This document shows positions 17,945 to 26,984 of a stretch of DNA of 64,000 nt, in pieces. The notes beneath the pieces were generated by a model. The model was not told the DNA's origin, did not search any database, and saw only the letters and a list, made by a program, of their open reading frames with translations. This DNA is from a virus. A program made the position numbers and the translations under genes. Location of the stretch: positions 1-64,000 of the IMG/VR virus record IMGVR_UViG_3300009130_001466. The stretch is one strand, 5' to 3'. Position 1 is the first letter of the stretch, and every line of letters begins with the position of its first letter.

Positions 17945-20514
17945 TATTTTATTTCTGATAGTTTTGTGTAAATTTTTTCGTCAAGAATGGTTATTTTATC
18001 TCCAAAGACAATATCTTCTCCTTTACTTCCGTAAATAAAGACGATTTGTTCTTCCTTTGGTTTTTTGCCTCCATTGTTTAAATAGTTATCCAAAGTAGCG
18101 GATCGCCTATTATTCATAAGCATAAAATTGATTTTACCAAAATCATCTTGAATCTCTACTCTCATATATTTATTTCCTGCCGCACTTGTTCGCGATACGC
18201 AGTCTGTGACAACTCCCACAAATTTAACTCTATCGTTATTTGTTAAAGACTTCAGGGTTATGCTATTATACATATCTCCGCAGTTTTCAAACACATCTTT
18301 GATTTCTGTAGAGTGACTATAACCAAGATACTTGCGTTCGAAGAACCAATTTGCAAATTTTAAATGGTCTTTGTTCTTGTCGTAAATTTTTCTATAAGAA
18401 GAGTATTTTTTCTTAAAGGTTTCAAATCGTGATGGTTTCATGATGGGTTTGCCGTCATCAGCTATTAGAGAATCTTTAATAACGGAATGAATAGTATTCA
18501 ATACGTCATAATCAAATTTCTCGCCTAAATGCACTACGTTACGCTTCTCTCTTTCTGTTAGTATGTTGAAGGCTTGAGATTCTAAAACTAATCGACAGCG
18601 GTTTGGTATCTTTGAACTTGACTCACAAAAAGAGTCCATCATGCCTCCTTGTATCAAGCCAGAAAGCACGCCAATGTTGAGGCTACATTGTTTTGCTGTA
18701 AGGAATATATCGTATTTATTTTGATTGCTTTCTTGAGCTTTTCTGAAGCCAACCAAACTCTCTAGTGTTTTTTCTGAAACTCCTTTAATGCTATTTACTC
18801 CAAATCTGATATTACGGCCTTCGATACCAAAGTTAATGTCGGACTTAGATAAGTCTGGTGGGAGGAGCTTCATATTAAATAAACAAAACTCTTGATTGAT
18901 CAGAGCAATCTCTGCATGTGAATCTGGCTCATGCTTTGTCATTTTCAACAAACTAAGAAAAAACTCTTTAGGATGCTTGAATTTAAGGTAGGTGGTAATT
19001 GCAGCTAGAATAGCGTAACTGATTGAGTGGGATTTATTAAACGAATAGTTTGCTGAATCTTCAGCCACTTTCCACAAAACTTCCCCTACCTCTTTATCCA
19101 GATTATTTTGAGCAATTTTTTGCTCAATCTTAACTTTCCAAGCTGACATTTGATCCACTTTTTTCTTACCAACAATACGCCTGAGTTGTTCTGATTCGTC
19201 GAGGGTAAACCCAACCTTTACTGCCATCTTCATTAACTGCTCTTGGTAAAGTGGAATGCCACCAGTGTAAGAGAGGATATCGTCAAAATGTTTATTAACA
19301 GACTGGAATTCACCAGTGCGGGTATAATCGCTATAGACATCAAGATAGTCAAGTGCGCCAGGGCGAGCAATAGCAACAACGGCCGAAAGCTCTTCAAGAT
19401 TTCTGGGAGATACTTTTTTACATACTTTAAAATTTGTGTCTGCTTCGATTTGAAATAGCCCTTTAGGCGCTTCGATGTTTTTAAAGTTTTCATAAATTTC
19501 TGGTAATTGTACATCAATATCTTCTATATTGATTCCTAATTGTTTGCAAGTGTCGTTGACAACTGACAGGGTGCGTAAGCCAAGGATATCAAACTTAACC
19601 ATTAAAGCTGCGACATCGTTCATGTCGTATGCGGAGATTAAATCCCCGTCGCTAGTTTTCTGCATTGGCATAATCTCTTCAACATCATAGAAGCTAATAG
19701 CGATTCCTGATGGGTGAACCCCAGTATTTTTATTTAAACCCTCTAGCTTTTTTGCTATTCTAAAAACTTTGGGATTTTTATCTGCAAACTCTTTGAATTT
19801 TTCGCTTTCTTCGTAAGCTTTATCTAGTTTTGCTACCTTTCCGAATTGCTTTGGAATTTGAGAACTGACTGAATTTACATCATCTTCCGATAGCTCTCCA
19901 ACTATTTTACCGCACTCTTTAACGCACAGCTTACTACTTAAAGTATTTAATGTCAGTATTTTGCAAGTTCTACCTTTGTGTTTTCTTTCGATGTACTTAA
20001 TTACTTCTTTTCGTCTGTCGTAAGAGATATCATTATCAACATCCGCTAGTAGCGATCCATCGAGATAGGTAATTCCATCAACTATTGTTTTTTTAGCTCG
20101 ACTCTTGGAAACGAATCTCTCGAAGAAAAGATCGTATTTAATTGGATCTACGTTCGTAACTCGTAACAGGTACAAAACCAAAGAACCAGCGGCAGATCCT
20201 CGACCTGGCCCAGTGGGTATCTTGTTTTCATGGCAAAAATTTAAAACATCCCAATTGAGCAGTATATAATCTATAAAGCCTAAATCTTTTAAAACATCAA
20301 GCTCCATTTTAACTCTATCAAAATACTTCTGCTTGTTGCTTAGAGCATTTATACCTCTATCCTTTACCCCTTTTAAACATAATTGCCTAAGGAGATTAAA
20401 ATTAGAAGTGTCGCTGGGTATGTTTAGTTCTTCATAGAACTTTGCATCTACCTTAATTTCGGGTAGTCTTACCCCAGGTGGCATGGGCTGTTTGTATGGC
20501 TTTAACTCTAACAT
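17944..20514 (-). CDS. dnaE: DNA polymerase III alpha subunit core (lacks the N-terminal PHP part)
   Basis: GPGRGSAAGSLV, LFFERF, DVDND and KFDILGL catalytic Asps, YQEQLM, YSFNKSH, C-terminal OB fold. Confidence 0.95.
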   Translation of the reverse strand: MLELKPYKQPMPPGVRLPEIKVDAKFYEELNIPSDTSNFNLLRQLCLKGVKDRGINALSNKQKYFDRVKMELDVLKDLGFIDYILLNWDVLNFCHENKIPTGPGRGSAAGSLVLYLLRVTNVDPIKYDLFFERFVSKSRAKKTIVDGITYLDGSLLADVDNDISYDRRKEVIKYIERKHKGRTCKILTLNTLSSKLCVKECGKIVGELSEDDVNSVSSQIPKQFGKVAKLDKAYEESEKFKEFADKNPKVFRIAKKLEGLNKNTGVHPSGIAISFYDVEEIMPMQKTSDGDLISAYDMNDVAALMVKFDILGLRTLSVVNDTCKQLGINIEDIDVQLPEIYENFKNIEAPKGLFQIEADTNFKVCKKVSPRNLEELSAVVAIARPGALDYLDVYSDYTRTGEFQSVNKHFDDILSYTGGIPLYQEQLMKMAVKVGFTLDESEQLRRIVGKKKVDQMSAWKVKIEQKIAQNNLDKEVGEVLWKVAEDSANYSFNKSHSISYAILAAITTYLKFKHPKEFFLSLLKMTKHEPDSHAEIALINQEFCLFNMKLLPPDLSKSDINFGIEGRNIRFGVNSIKGVSEKTLESLVGFRKAQESNQNKYDIFLTAKQCSLNIGVLSGLIQGGMMDSFCESSSKIPNRCRLVLESQAFNILTEREKRNVVHLGEKFDYDVLNTIHSVIKDSLIADDGKPIMKPSRFETFKKKYSSYRKIYDKNKDHLKFANWFFERKYLGYSHSTEIKDVFENCGDMYNSITLKSLTNNDRVKFVGVVTDCVSRTSAAGNKYMRVEIQDDFGKINFMLMNNRRSATLDNYLNNGGKKPKEEQIVFIYGSKGEDIVFGDKITILDEKIYTKLSEIK

Positions 20515-20522
20515 ATACCTAT

Positions 20523-20550
20523 ATTATAGGTATACTATTTAGAATTGCAA
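20523..20550 (-). promoter_or_regulatory. sigma70-type promoter of dnaE, overlapped by a 21-bp palindrome
   Basis: TTGCAA-N16-TATAAT-N8-ATG. Confidence 0.75.
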
Positions 20551-20551
20551 G

Positions 20552-21175
20552 CTAAAAATGATTATAAAAGGGAATAATGATATACCTAACCACTTTTAAG
20601 AATGAAGCCCAAGAGGGATATTTGTATGCAATTTTGTTTAAATATAGATCAATAGGTTTCAGCCAAAATTTTAAATAAACTTTTATTAATTTGGTTTTGA
20701 AAGAAGCTTCTTTGATTATTTTGCCAACTAATTCTCTCTGATCTTTTTTTCTTTCAACGTTGTCCACGCTTTGGCAATTAATGCAAGTAGTACTGACCAA
20801 AAAACCAGACTCAAAAATAAGTTTAAAGTCTAAGCTCCAATCTTGGTCTAAAAAATCTATAGGCTGGTCTGGGGAAATTATAATTTCTCCATTAAAGTTT
20901 TCATCCATCCAGTATTCTCCCCTTCTCTTTATTGCCATTTTGATGGGTACGTCGTTTGAATTCAAATATTCATACTCTTCAAAGTGCTGGGACTTTAAAT
21001 TACCTTCTAGTGAAATTAAATATGTCATCATATCGCTTTCAAAGCTATTTGTAAGAAAGCTGTTCTTGTCTTTTAATGATCTGATAACCTCAGAAGGGAC
21101 AACTATTTTAGTCCAATCGACTGATTGGGCGAATTTCTCTGAGCATTCAAACGACACTTTATCGAACAATTTCAT
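20552..21175 (-). CDS. Hypothetical protein
   Basis: 207 aa ORF preceded by GTGTAA-N8-ATG (21184-21189). Confidence 0.7.
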   Translation of the reverse strand: MKLFDKVSFECSEKFAQSVDWTKIVVPSEVIRSLKDKNSFLTNSFESDMMTYLISLEGNLKSQHFEEYEYLNSNDVPIKMAIKRRGEYWMDENFNGEIIISPDQPIDFLDQDWSLDFKLIFESGFLVSTTCINCQSVDNVERKKDQRELVGKIIKEASFKTKLIKVYLKFWLKPIDLYLNKIAYKYPSWASFLKVVRYIIIPFYNHF

Positions 21176-21189
21176 ACTCTATGTTACAC

Positions 21190-21822
21190 TCACACCTCTA
21201 ATTCCCACAGTTGTTTTTGGAAAATCTCAAAATTCTTTTCAATGTCATATAGAGCATCATGTAGTTTAGCTTCATCAAACTGTATTTCATAATGTTGTAA
21301 CAAGAACTTCTGATTCGTTTTTAATCCTCTTTCTCTGTAATTTAGATACCTTAGCTGCCAAGAGATAAAATCATCCTTGTCGGGAGTTTTATTGCCCTTA
21401 GCGATGGCTGTAGCTATCGCCTTAGTATCAAAACACCTCTTTGCAAAAGAGAAGTCTGCTTTTAAGTTTAAATTTCTAGCAATTACCCCAAGCATGTATA
21501 GATCATACCCAAGAATGTTCTGCCCAACAACAATGACGTCGTCTTGGCTGATTAGGTCCATAAACTCTTTGAATACTGTGATAGGATCTTCAGCTTTAGA
21601 TAAGTAGTCTTTCTTATTGAATCCAGTGATCTTGGCTGCTCCCTCTGAGACATTAATCTCATCCCATTTTAAGAATCTGTTTTGCTTTTTTGTAATCTTC
21701 TTGCCAGTAGCTTCAATCCAAGCTAGTTGCCAAGGTTTTGATGACACAAGGTTGAGGCCTTCGGTTTCAGTGTCGAAAATAATGTATTTTTGATCAAATT
21801 TAAATCTAAGTAGGTCTTCCAT
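21190..21822 (-). CDS. DEDDh 3'-5' exonuclease (DnaQ/epsilon-like)
   Basis: IFDTETEGL, GQNILGYD, LHDALYD; start MEDLLRF at 21822. Confidence 0.92.
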   Translation of the reverse strand: MEDLLRFKFDQKYIIFDTETEGLNLVSSKPWQLAWIEATGKKITKKQNRFLKWDEINVSEGAAKITGFNKKDYLSKAEDPITVFKEFMDLISQDDVIVVGQNILGYDLYMLGVIARNLNLKADFSFAKRCFDTKAIATAIAKGNKTPDKDDFISWQLRYLNYRERGLKTNQKFLLQHYEIQFDEAKLHDALYDIEKNFEIFQKQLWELEV

Positions 21823-21824
21823 AA

Positions 21825-22505
21825 TTATTTGTCCTCCTTCCAGGCTTCTATGCAAAAACGATCACTGCCAAAATGGTCAAGTCGTGGATTAGATAGGCTG
21901 GCTTGTTGGCCAGGCTGACGATTGCAAATACACTTGTATGTTTGAAATGCTTCGACATCTTCTCTATTTTCATAATAAATTGATTTGGCTTTTTTTATTG
22001 CTTTTTTAGGGCTAGTAGCAACATACTGTTCAACTTTTTCTTTAAGAAGAAAGTCAAAGGGAAGATTATTGTCTTCTATAATAAAATCTATCTCGTCTGG
22101 CAACCACGGCATACAGTTGGCAAAACCAGTAAGGTTCTTATGTAAGAACGAGTCGTAGAACGGGATGCAAAATTTTATATTCTTATAGTCAAGCCAAGGA
22201 GTCTTAATTTTTTTCTCAAAACTTTCTGTGTGAAGTTTGTACAACTCCCTGCACCCTTCGTCTCCGTCAGGATAAGCTAAGATTTTACTTTCTGAATCTG
22301 GGCTCTCGTCATCATTAAAGATTGATAGGCGTAGGCCAAAGCGTAACCTCTCCCCGAATAGGCGAAAAGCTTCTGGGAAGCCAGTCATGCTATCTTCAAC
22401 TAGATATATCTCGTTGATTTGATTTTCATTAGCAATTCGTTCTACGTCGTCTAAACGCAATATGCTTTTACCTATAGAAAAGTGAGTCTTAAATAATGGT
22501 GTCAT
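21825..22505 (-). CDS. Stand-alone PHP domain (N-terminal part of Pol III alpha)
   Basis: PLFKTHFSIGKSIL, LVEDSMTGF, FGLRL, GCRELYKLHT; start MTPLFK at 22505. Confidence 0.8.
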   Translation of the reverse strand: MTPLFKTHFSIGKSILRLDDVERIANENQINEIYLVEDSMTGFPEAFRLFGERLRFGLRLSIFNDDESPDSESKILAYPDGDEGCRELYKLHTESFEKKIKTPWLDYKNIKFCIPFYDSFLHKNLTGFANCMPWLPDEIDFIIEDNNLPFDFLLKEKVEQYVATSPKKAIKKAKSIYYENREDVEAFQTYKCICNRQPGQQASLSNPRLDHFGSDRFCIEAWKEDK

Positions 22506-22511
22506 GCGGGA

Positions 22512-22540
22512 ATGATACGCTATCAATATCTATTTGTCAA
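22512..22540 (-). promoter_or_regulatory. sigma70-type promoter, leaderless geometry
   Basis: TTGACA-N17-TATCAT-N6-ATG. Confidence 0.75.
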
Positions 22541-23524
22541 GTGTTTTGGGCAACCAGGATAGTGTTTTATTTCGTGGCTGCCTCCCTCTGGAACCATTTC
22601 GCTTTTAAAGTCTTCTTGAAAGCACGAGGAGACAAATTCACCATCTTTATTTTTAATTTCCGCATAAAAGAAATCAAACTTATATGGGCAGTGCCACATT
22701 ACTGTCCCATCCTTTTTAAGCTGACCTTTTTCTTTGGCGAACCCACATTGAAGTTTTCCCCCAAAAGAACCGTCATCTGGAAACCCTTTATCTAGAGCAA
22801 AATTAGATACAGCATCTTGTTCATTAAAATTTTCTAAATAATCTTGGATGGATGCCAACTGCAACTCAAAGCCCTCCAAGTCATCCTCGTCGATTGGGTT
22901 CATTTTCATTAAGCCGTCTTTATTTAAATCGAACTTAAGGAATAAAAATTCTGAGGTTCGGTTGACATATTCTGGGAAGAGATGCTTAACAGCTAGGCAA
23001 TACATGTAATCCTGTAGGTTGTCTTCTTTTTCTTTCCCTTCAAATTTCTTCTTGCTCGTCTTATAGTCTCGAATGATTGCTATTTTCTTATCTTTATAAA
23101 GGAACAATTGGTCAATAAAGCCACGGATATGATAGCCGTTTTGTTCGATATCAAAATCTAATTCAGCATGAGCCTCGTCTGGAATCCCTAACTCTTCCCC
23201 ATAAAAGTTACAACTAAGGCCATTGAGGATCATCTCCTTGATCATATTCATGTTTTCGTCATCTGTTACCCCCAATTCAGAAGCATCAGACATAATCAAA
23301 TCCTTGACCGCTTTTGCTGCGAACGGATCTTTGGCTTTTGTGATTTTATTAAAATGAGTTTTTGTTTTTTGTTTAGACAGAAATTCAAAAACATTGTGGC
23401 AAACAGTACCACGTCTTGCTCCGTCATTATTTGTGTCGGGGAGCTTCTGTTTATATTTGCTCCAGTATATCCAACTGCATGATTGCGCCGTTTTGATGCG
23501 ACTTGCTGATAGTTTAACTTCCAT
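22523..23524 (-). CDS. PD-(D/E)XK RecB/Cas4-like exonuclease
   Basis: LSASRIKT..SC, RGTVCH, IRGFIDQL, IRDYKTSK, QDYMY, C-terminal Cys. Confidence 0.9.
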   Translation of the reverse strand: MEVKLSASRIKTAQSCSWIYWSKYKQKLPDTNNDGARRGTVCHNVFEFLSKQKTKTHFNKITKAKDPFAAKAVKDLIMSDASELGVTDDENMNMIKEMILNGLSCNFYGEELGIPDEAHAELDFDIEQNGYHIRGFIDQLFLYKDKKIAIIRDYKTSKKKFEGKEKEDNLQDYMYCLAVKHLFPEYVNRTSEFLFLKFDLNKDGLMKMNPIDEDDLEGFELQLASIQDYLENFNEQDAVSNFALDKGFPDDGSFGGKLQCGFAKEKGQLKKDGTVMWHCPYKFDFFYAEIKNKDGEFVSSCFQEDFKSEMVPEGGSHEIKHYPGCPKHLTNRY

Positions 23525-24557
23525 TTAATATTTTAATTAATTTTTTGCAGTGTGTATTTTTTGACAATTTGTCGTTTGATTTGATTTTCTTTAATACATA
23601 CTCTTGAAATTTATTGTCGCCAAGGCTCCACTTGTCGCATCGACTATGCCACTCTTTAAAACCGTCAAGAGACCCCGTATCAGATTCAAGCATGTCTCCA
23701 AAGTCATTGCATAGGGGTGGGTTTATTTTAATAATTGAAAGATCAAATATAGAGGACAGCTTAGAAGCTATCTTGATTGAAGCCAATGCGCCAGAATTGT
23801 TTTCTTTAGTATTGTCGTTATTTGTCGCTATGATAATTCTATCAAGGTCAAAAGAGTTTAAATAGGACACAAGCTTTGTTGAAGCGTCTAACCCAAATGT
23901 TACTAGTACGTTATTAAAACCAGCTTCATAAAGGGCTAGGCAGTCTCCTATACTTTCTACCAAGATTACCTCGTTAGAGTCTTCTATGTACTTGCGAGAA
24001 AGATTATGGGGATATACCCAACCACTCTTTCTCCCTAAGTGTTTCCATTTTGGAACATTATCCAAGTCAATTACAGAACGACCAGAAAAGCCGTGAATTT
24101 GGCCATCTAAATTATATATAGGAAAAACCATACGGCGATACATCTTACCCCCGCCAGCGTAACCACATTTAAATTTTTCTTGCGTTTTAGATGAAACGCC
24201 ACGCTTTTCGTAGAAAGTCTTCATGGGTAAAAGTTTTTCTAGGTCAGAGTCTGGGTATATTTTTTCCATTTCTATTTTTTCTGCTTTAGGCTCGTTCGTT
24301 TTGTAGGATTCTGGATTATCAATTAAGTATTCTTTGAGTAATTTGGGGTCTTCTGTATTTAGGGTTTGTTTAATTAAAGCGGAAAAAGGTTTTGCTTGTT
24401 CGTCCCCACCAAAGTCTCGCCAAACGCCAGAGTCTTTATATATAATAAGAGACGTATTGGTTTTTCCATTTCTAAAGACTGCGCGAGTTCTCCAATGAGA
24501 ACCGCAATCTTGCAGCGGATATCCTAATTTTTCTAAAGAGTTTCTGTAGTGGTTCAT
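23514..24557 (-). CDS. dnaG: DNA primase (Toprim)
   Basis: RMVFPIYN..GFSGR, PKWKH, VILVESIGD, IIATNND. Confidence 0.88.
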   Translation of the reverse strand: MNHYRNSLEKLGYPLQDCGSHWRTRAVFRNGKTNTSLIIYKDSGVWRDFGGDEQAKPFSALIKQTLNTEDPKLLKEYLIDNPESYKTNEPKAEKIEMEKIYPDSDLEKLLPMKTFYEKRGVSSKTQEKFKCGYAGGGKMYRRMVFPIYNLDGQIHGFSGRSVIDLDNVPKWKHLGRKSGWVYPHNLSRKYIEDSNEVILVESIGDCLALYEAGFNNVLVTFGLDASTKLVSYLNSFDLDRIIIATNNDNTKENNSGALASIKIASKLSSIFDLSIIKINPPLCNDFGDMLESDTGSLDGFKEWHSRCDKWSLGDNKFQEYVLKKIKSNDKLSKNTHCKKLIKILNGS

Positions 24558-26071
24558 AGATCATCAAATGAAGGGATGTTGTTTGATTCGCTGCCAACTA
24601 GATCGCCACCAGTATTTCTAAAATTTACAATATCTCGCAAATCTCCACATTCTGTAATATTAAAGTTTTTAAACGCTAGATTAACAAAATTCTTTCTGAG
24701 GTTATCATCAACTTGGACTGGTTCAATTGCGCCAGCTATATCCTTGCCCAAGTGTCGAGATTTGACATTGATTAATTTATGGGTTCCAAACTGCGGACCT
24801 TCTTCGGCTATCTCATCGCTAGTCTTTTGGCGAAGAATAAACATATGGGAACAGAATTGAGTAATTCGGTCAGAAAGAGAAACGATGGATTCGTCGTCAA
24901 TGATGTTTGCGCTTTGTCTATTTGTTGTGATGCCACTACGATTCGACTGAACGGACGTAATCATTGGAATGACTGGAGCGCCTTCTTCCAGTATTTCTTT
25001 TTGGATGCATTTTTTGAATTTATCAACCATTTCTCCAACAAGCTGCCATTCGTTTTTGTTCCCACCGCCAGAGTCTGAAGAAGTTTTAATATAATCAAAG
25101 GAGAAAACCATTTTATTCCCGCGACCAACTTTTGAATAATAAAACCTTTTTAAAGTATTGATCATAGAATCAACATCCATACCACCAACGTTATAGTAGT
25201 AAAATTTTAGATTTTTGATTTTATTCCAGACAGAGCGAACCTTTTGAACTGTCTCATCGCCCGCCTGCCTCCACTTACCGCTTTCTAGTAAATACGAAGG
25301 TACGCCAGAAACTGCAGCACATTGACGAATGATAAGCTCTTCTTTACTCATTTCTCCATTATCAAAATGAAGAACAGGTACATCGTACTTTGCGGAAACT
25401 TTTGTAGCGTAATCCATGCAGTATTGGGTTTTACCAACACCAGAACGGGCAACAATAACAGTAATATTCCCTGGGCGCAAAAGAGATCCATACATGTCGT
25501 TTATTTTCTCGTGTGGCCCCATCATGCCAAATTCTTCTAGGGGATTATTCCCGCGATCTTCAATAAAATCCTCCATCTCTTCGTAGATGTTTTCTGGGGT
25601 ATCTGAACCAACTTCAAATAAATTAATCTTCTCGTTATAAATCTGGTCAGCAGATTCGATAATTTTAAGATACGACATTTCTGGAGAGATGCTTTTCATG
25701 GAATCTGCAATCTTTTTTGCAGTTTTACCAATCTCTCTTCGAACGCTATATTTCTTTAACTCTTTAATTGAGGATTCGATCTTTTCCTCTGAGTGAATTT
25801 TGCGCATCGACAACGATCTAACATAATCAATCAAAGAAAGGTCTTCCTCAAACTTGATCCCAAGATCTTTAATCCGCTGAACTAATACGATATCATCAAT
25901 AGATTCATCCTGCTGGCAAGCTCTCTTGATGACAGCAAAAAGAGTTCTGTGAAGAAGAGAGCCGTCGTGAAAATCAGACTCACTAATAAGGTGGATAAAG
26001 TTTACTAAAACTTTTGGTTTTTGAATAAATGCGGCTAAAACCTGCTTTTCTATTTCGAGACTATATATCAT
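24554..26071 (-). CDS. dnaB: Replicative DnaB-like helicase
   Basis: ARSGVGKT Walker A, FDNGEMS, FDYIK, SVQSNR. Confidence 0.92.
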   Translation of the reverse strand: MIYSLEIEKQVLAAFIQKPKVLVNFIHLISESDFHDGSLLHRTLFAVIKRACQQDESIDDIVLVQRIKDLGIKFEEDLSLIDYVRSLSMRKIHSEEKIESSIKELKKYSVRREIGKTAKKIADSMKSISPEMSYLKIIESADQIYNEKINLFEVGSDTPENIYEEMEDFIEDRGNNPLEEFGMMGPHEKINDMYGSLLRPGNITVIVARSGVGKTQYCMDYATKVSAKYDVPVLHFDNGEMSKEELIIRQCAAVSGVPSYLLESGKWRQAGDETVQKVRSVWNKIKNLKFYYYNVGGMDVDSMINTLKRFYYSKVGRGNKMVFSFDYIKTSSDSGGGNKNEWQLVGEMVDKFKKCIQKEILEEGAPVIPMITSVQSNRSGITTNRQSANIIDDESIVSLSDRITQFCSHMFILRQKTSDEIAEEGPQFGTHKLINVKSRHLGKDIAGAIEPVQVDDNLRKNFVNLAFKNFNITECGDLRDIVNFRNTGGDLVGSESNNIPSFDDL

Positions 26072-26080
26072 ATATTAAGC

Positions 26081-26108
26081 ATAATACATATCATCGTGGC
26101 ATTGTCAA
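26081..26108 (-). promoter_or_regulatory. sigma70-type promoter of dnaB
   Basis: TTGACA-N16-TATTAT-N9-ATG. Confidence 0.75.
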
Positions 26109-26111
26109 GGT

Positions 26112-26357
26112 TTAATCTAATTCTTCTTCTGTCTCTAAATTGTTTTGAGCGTATTCTTCCAGGTATGTTTCAATTGATTTTATTAATCCAGACTCTGTGA
26201 TCTGGGACTCGCAGCTTGTATATATAACAGGCGTCCCATTCTCGTCACAATAAGCGATTATAAAGCCCTTATAACATTCTGCCGCACCAGTGAGTTCATA
26301 AAGCTGTCTCAAAATATTTTCTGGAAGCTCGAATTGCTTAAATTTAGGTTTTTCCAT
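26112..26357 (-). CDS. Small acidic hypothetical protein
   Basis: 81 aa ORF with GTGTAA-N9-ATG upstream (26367-26372). Confidence 0.75.
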   Translation of the reverse strand: MEKPKFKQFELPENILRQLYELTGAAECYKGFIIAYCDENGTPVIYTSCESQITESGLIKSIETYLEEYAQNNLETEEELD

Positions 26358-26372
26358 TTAAGTATTTTACAC

Positions 26373-26774
26373 TTACCCCAAAAGGTTTGCAAAAAATTCT
26401 TCTGACAATTTGTCGTCTGGATAGATTTCTAACAATTTTATTTGATTTAACTCACAAAACTCTATTTTTTTGTCATCTCTACGTATTTGTCGCAAAAAAT
26501 TAGCGCGAGTTTTGTGAAAATGCTTAACAAACTGTAAGTGTTGCGCTCCTTGAACTTCGATTGCTATTTTTTCTGTGTGATTGTAAAAATCTAATGAAAG
26601 TTGGGTTCCGACTACCCTAAACTCCTCATAAACAGAGTCATATTTCCAATATTTGTATAAATATTTCCTTACTTCTGCTTGAAATTTACTGCGACATTTA
26701 CCGTTCCACTTAATTTTATACTTATGTGGGCTCCTGAGAGGCTTCTCTTTTCCGTATAGAGTTATAAATTTCAA
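26373..26774 (-). CDS. DUF559/Vsr-like endonuclease
   Basis: SKFQ, LSLDFY...IAIEVQGAQH, RDDKK..FC. Confidence 0.8.
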   Translation of the reverse strand: MKFITLYGKEKPLRSPHKYKIKWNGKCRSKFQAEVRKYLYKYWKYDSVYEEFRVVGTQLSLDFYNHTEKIAIEVQGAQHLQFVKHFHKTRANFLRQIRRDDKKIEFCELNQIKLLEIYPDDKLSEEFFANLLG

Positions 26775-26777
26775 AAT

Positions 26778-26942
26778 TTAATCGTTTTTGTCTTTTCTTT
26801 TGTTATGAAAATCGAATGAAACTTCCACTTTTTCGTTAATGCTTTCGATGTTATAGTGCGTTCCAGCAAGGACTACGGCAAGAGTCGTAAAGCCAATAAA
26901 AATTGGTCACAAGAAGGATAGAACCGTGTATATGTCAGACAT
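26778..26942 (-). pseudogene. Small membrane/coiled-coil (holin-like) gene with internal TGA
   Basis: MSDIYTVLSFL*PIFIGFTTLAVVLAGTHYNIESINEKVEVSFDFHNKRKDKND; TGA at 26907-26909; GTGTAA upstream at 26955-26960. Confidence 0.6.
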
Positions 26943-26984
26943 GGGTATGGTTATTTACACCCGACTGACTCTATTTTCAATAAC

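Noticed and set aside
12510-17975. Intragenic antisense GTGTAA occurrences (near 12513, 13803, 17966)
   Set aside because: Not followed by an ATG at 8-9 nt; the hexamer alone is expected by chance in AT-rich DNA
22523-23524. Cas4 as part of a CRISPR system
   Set aside because: Stand-alone RecB/Cas4-like nuclease within a replication operon, which is common in phages
26907-26909. Genome-wide TGA recoding
   Set aside because: TGA terminates many genes (ATGA overlaps), Trp is TGG elsewhere, and coding density is already high under the standard code
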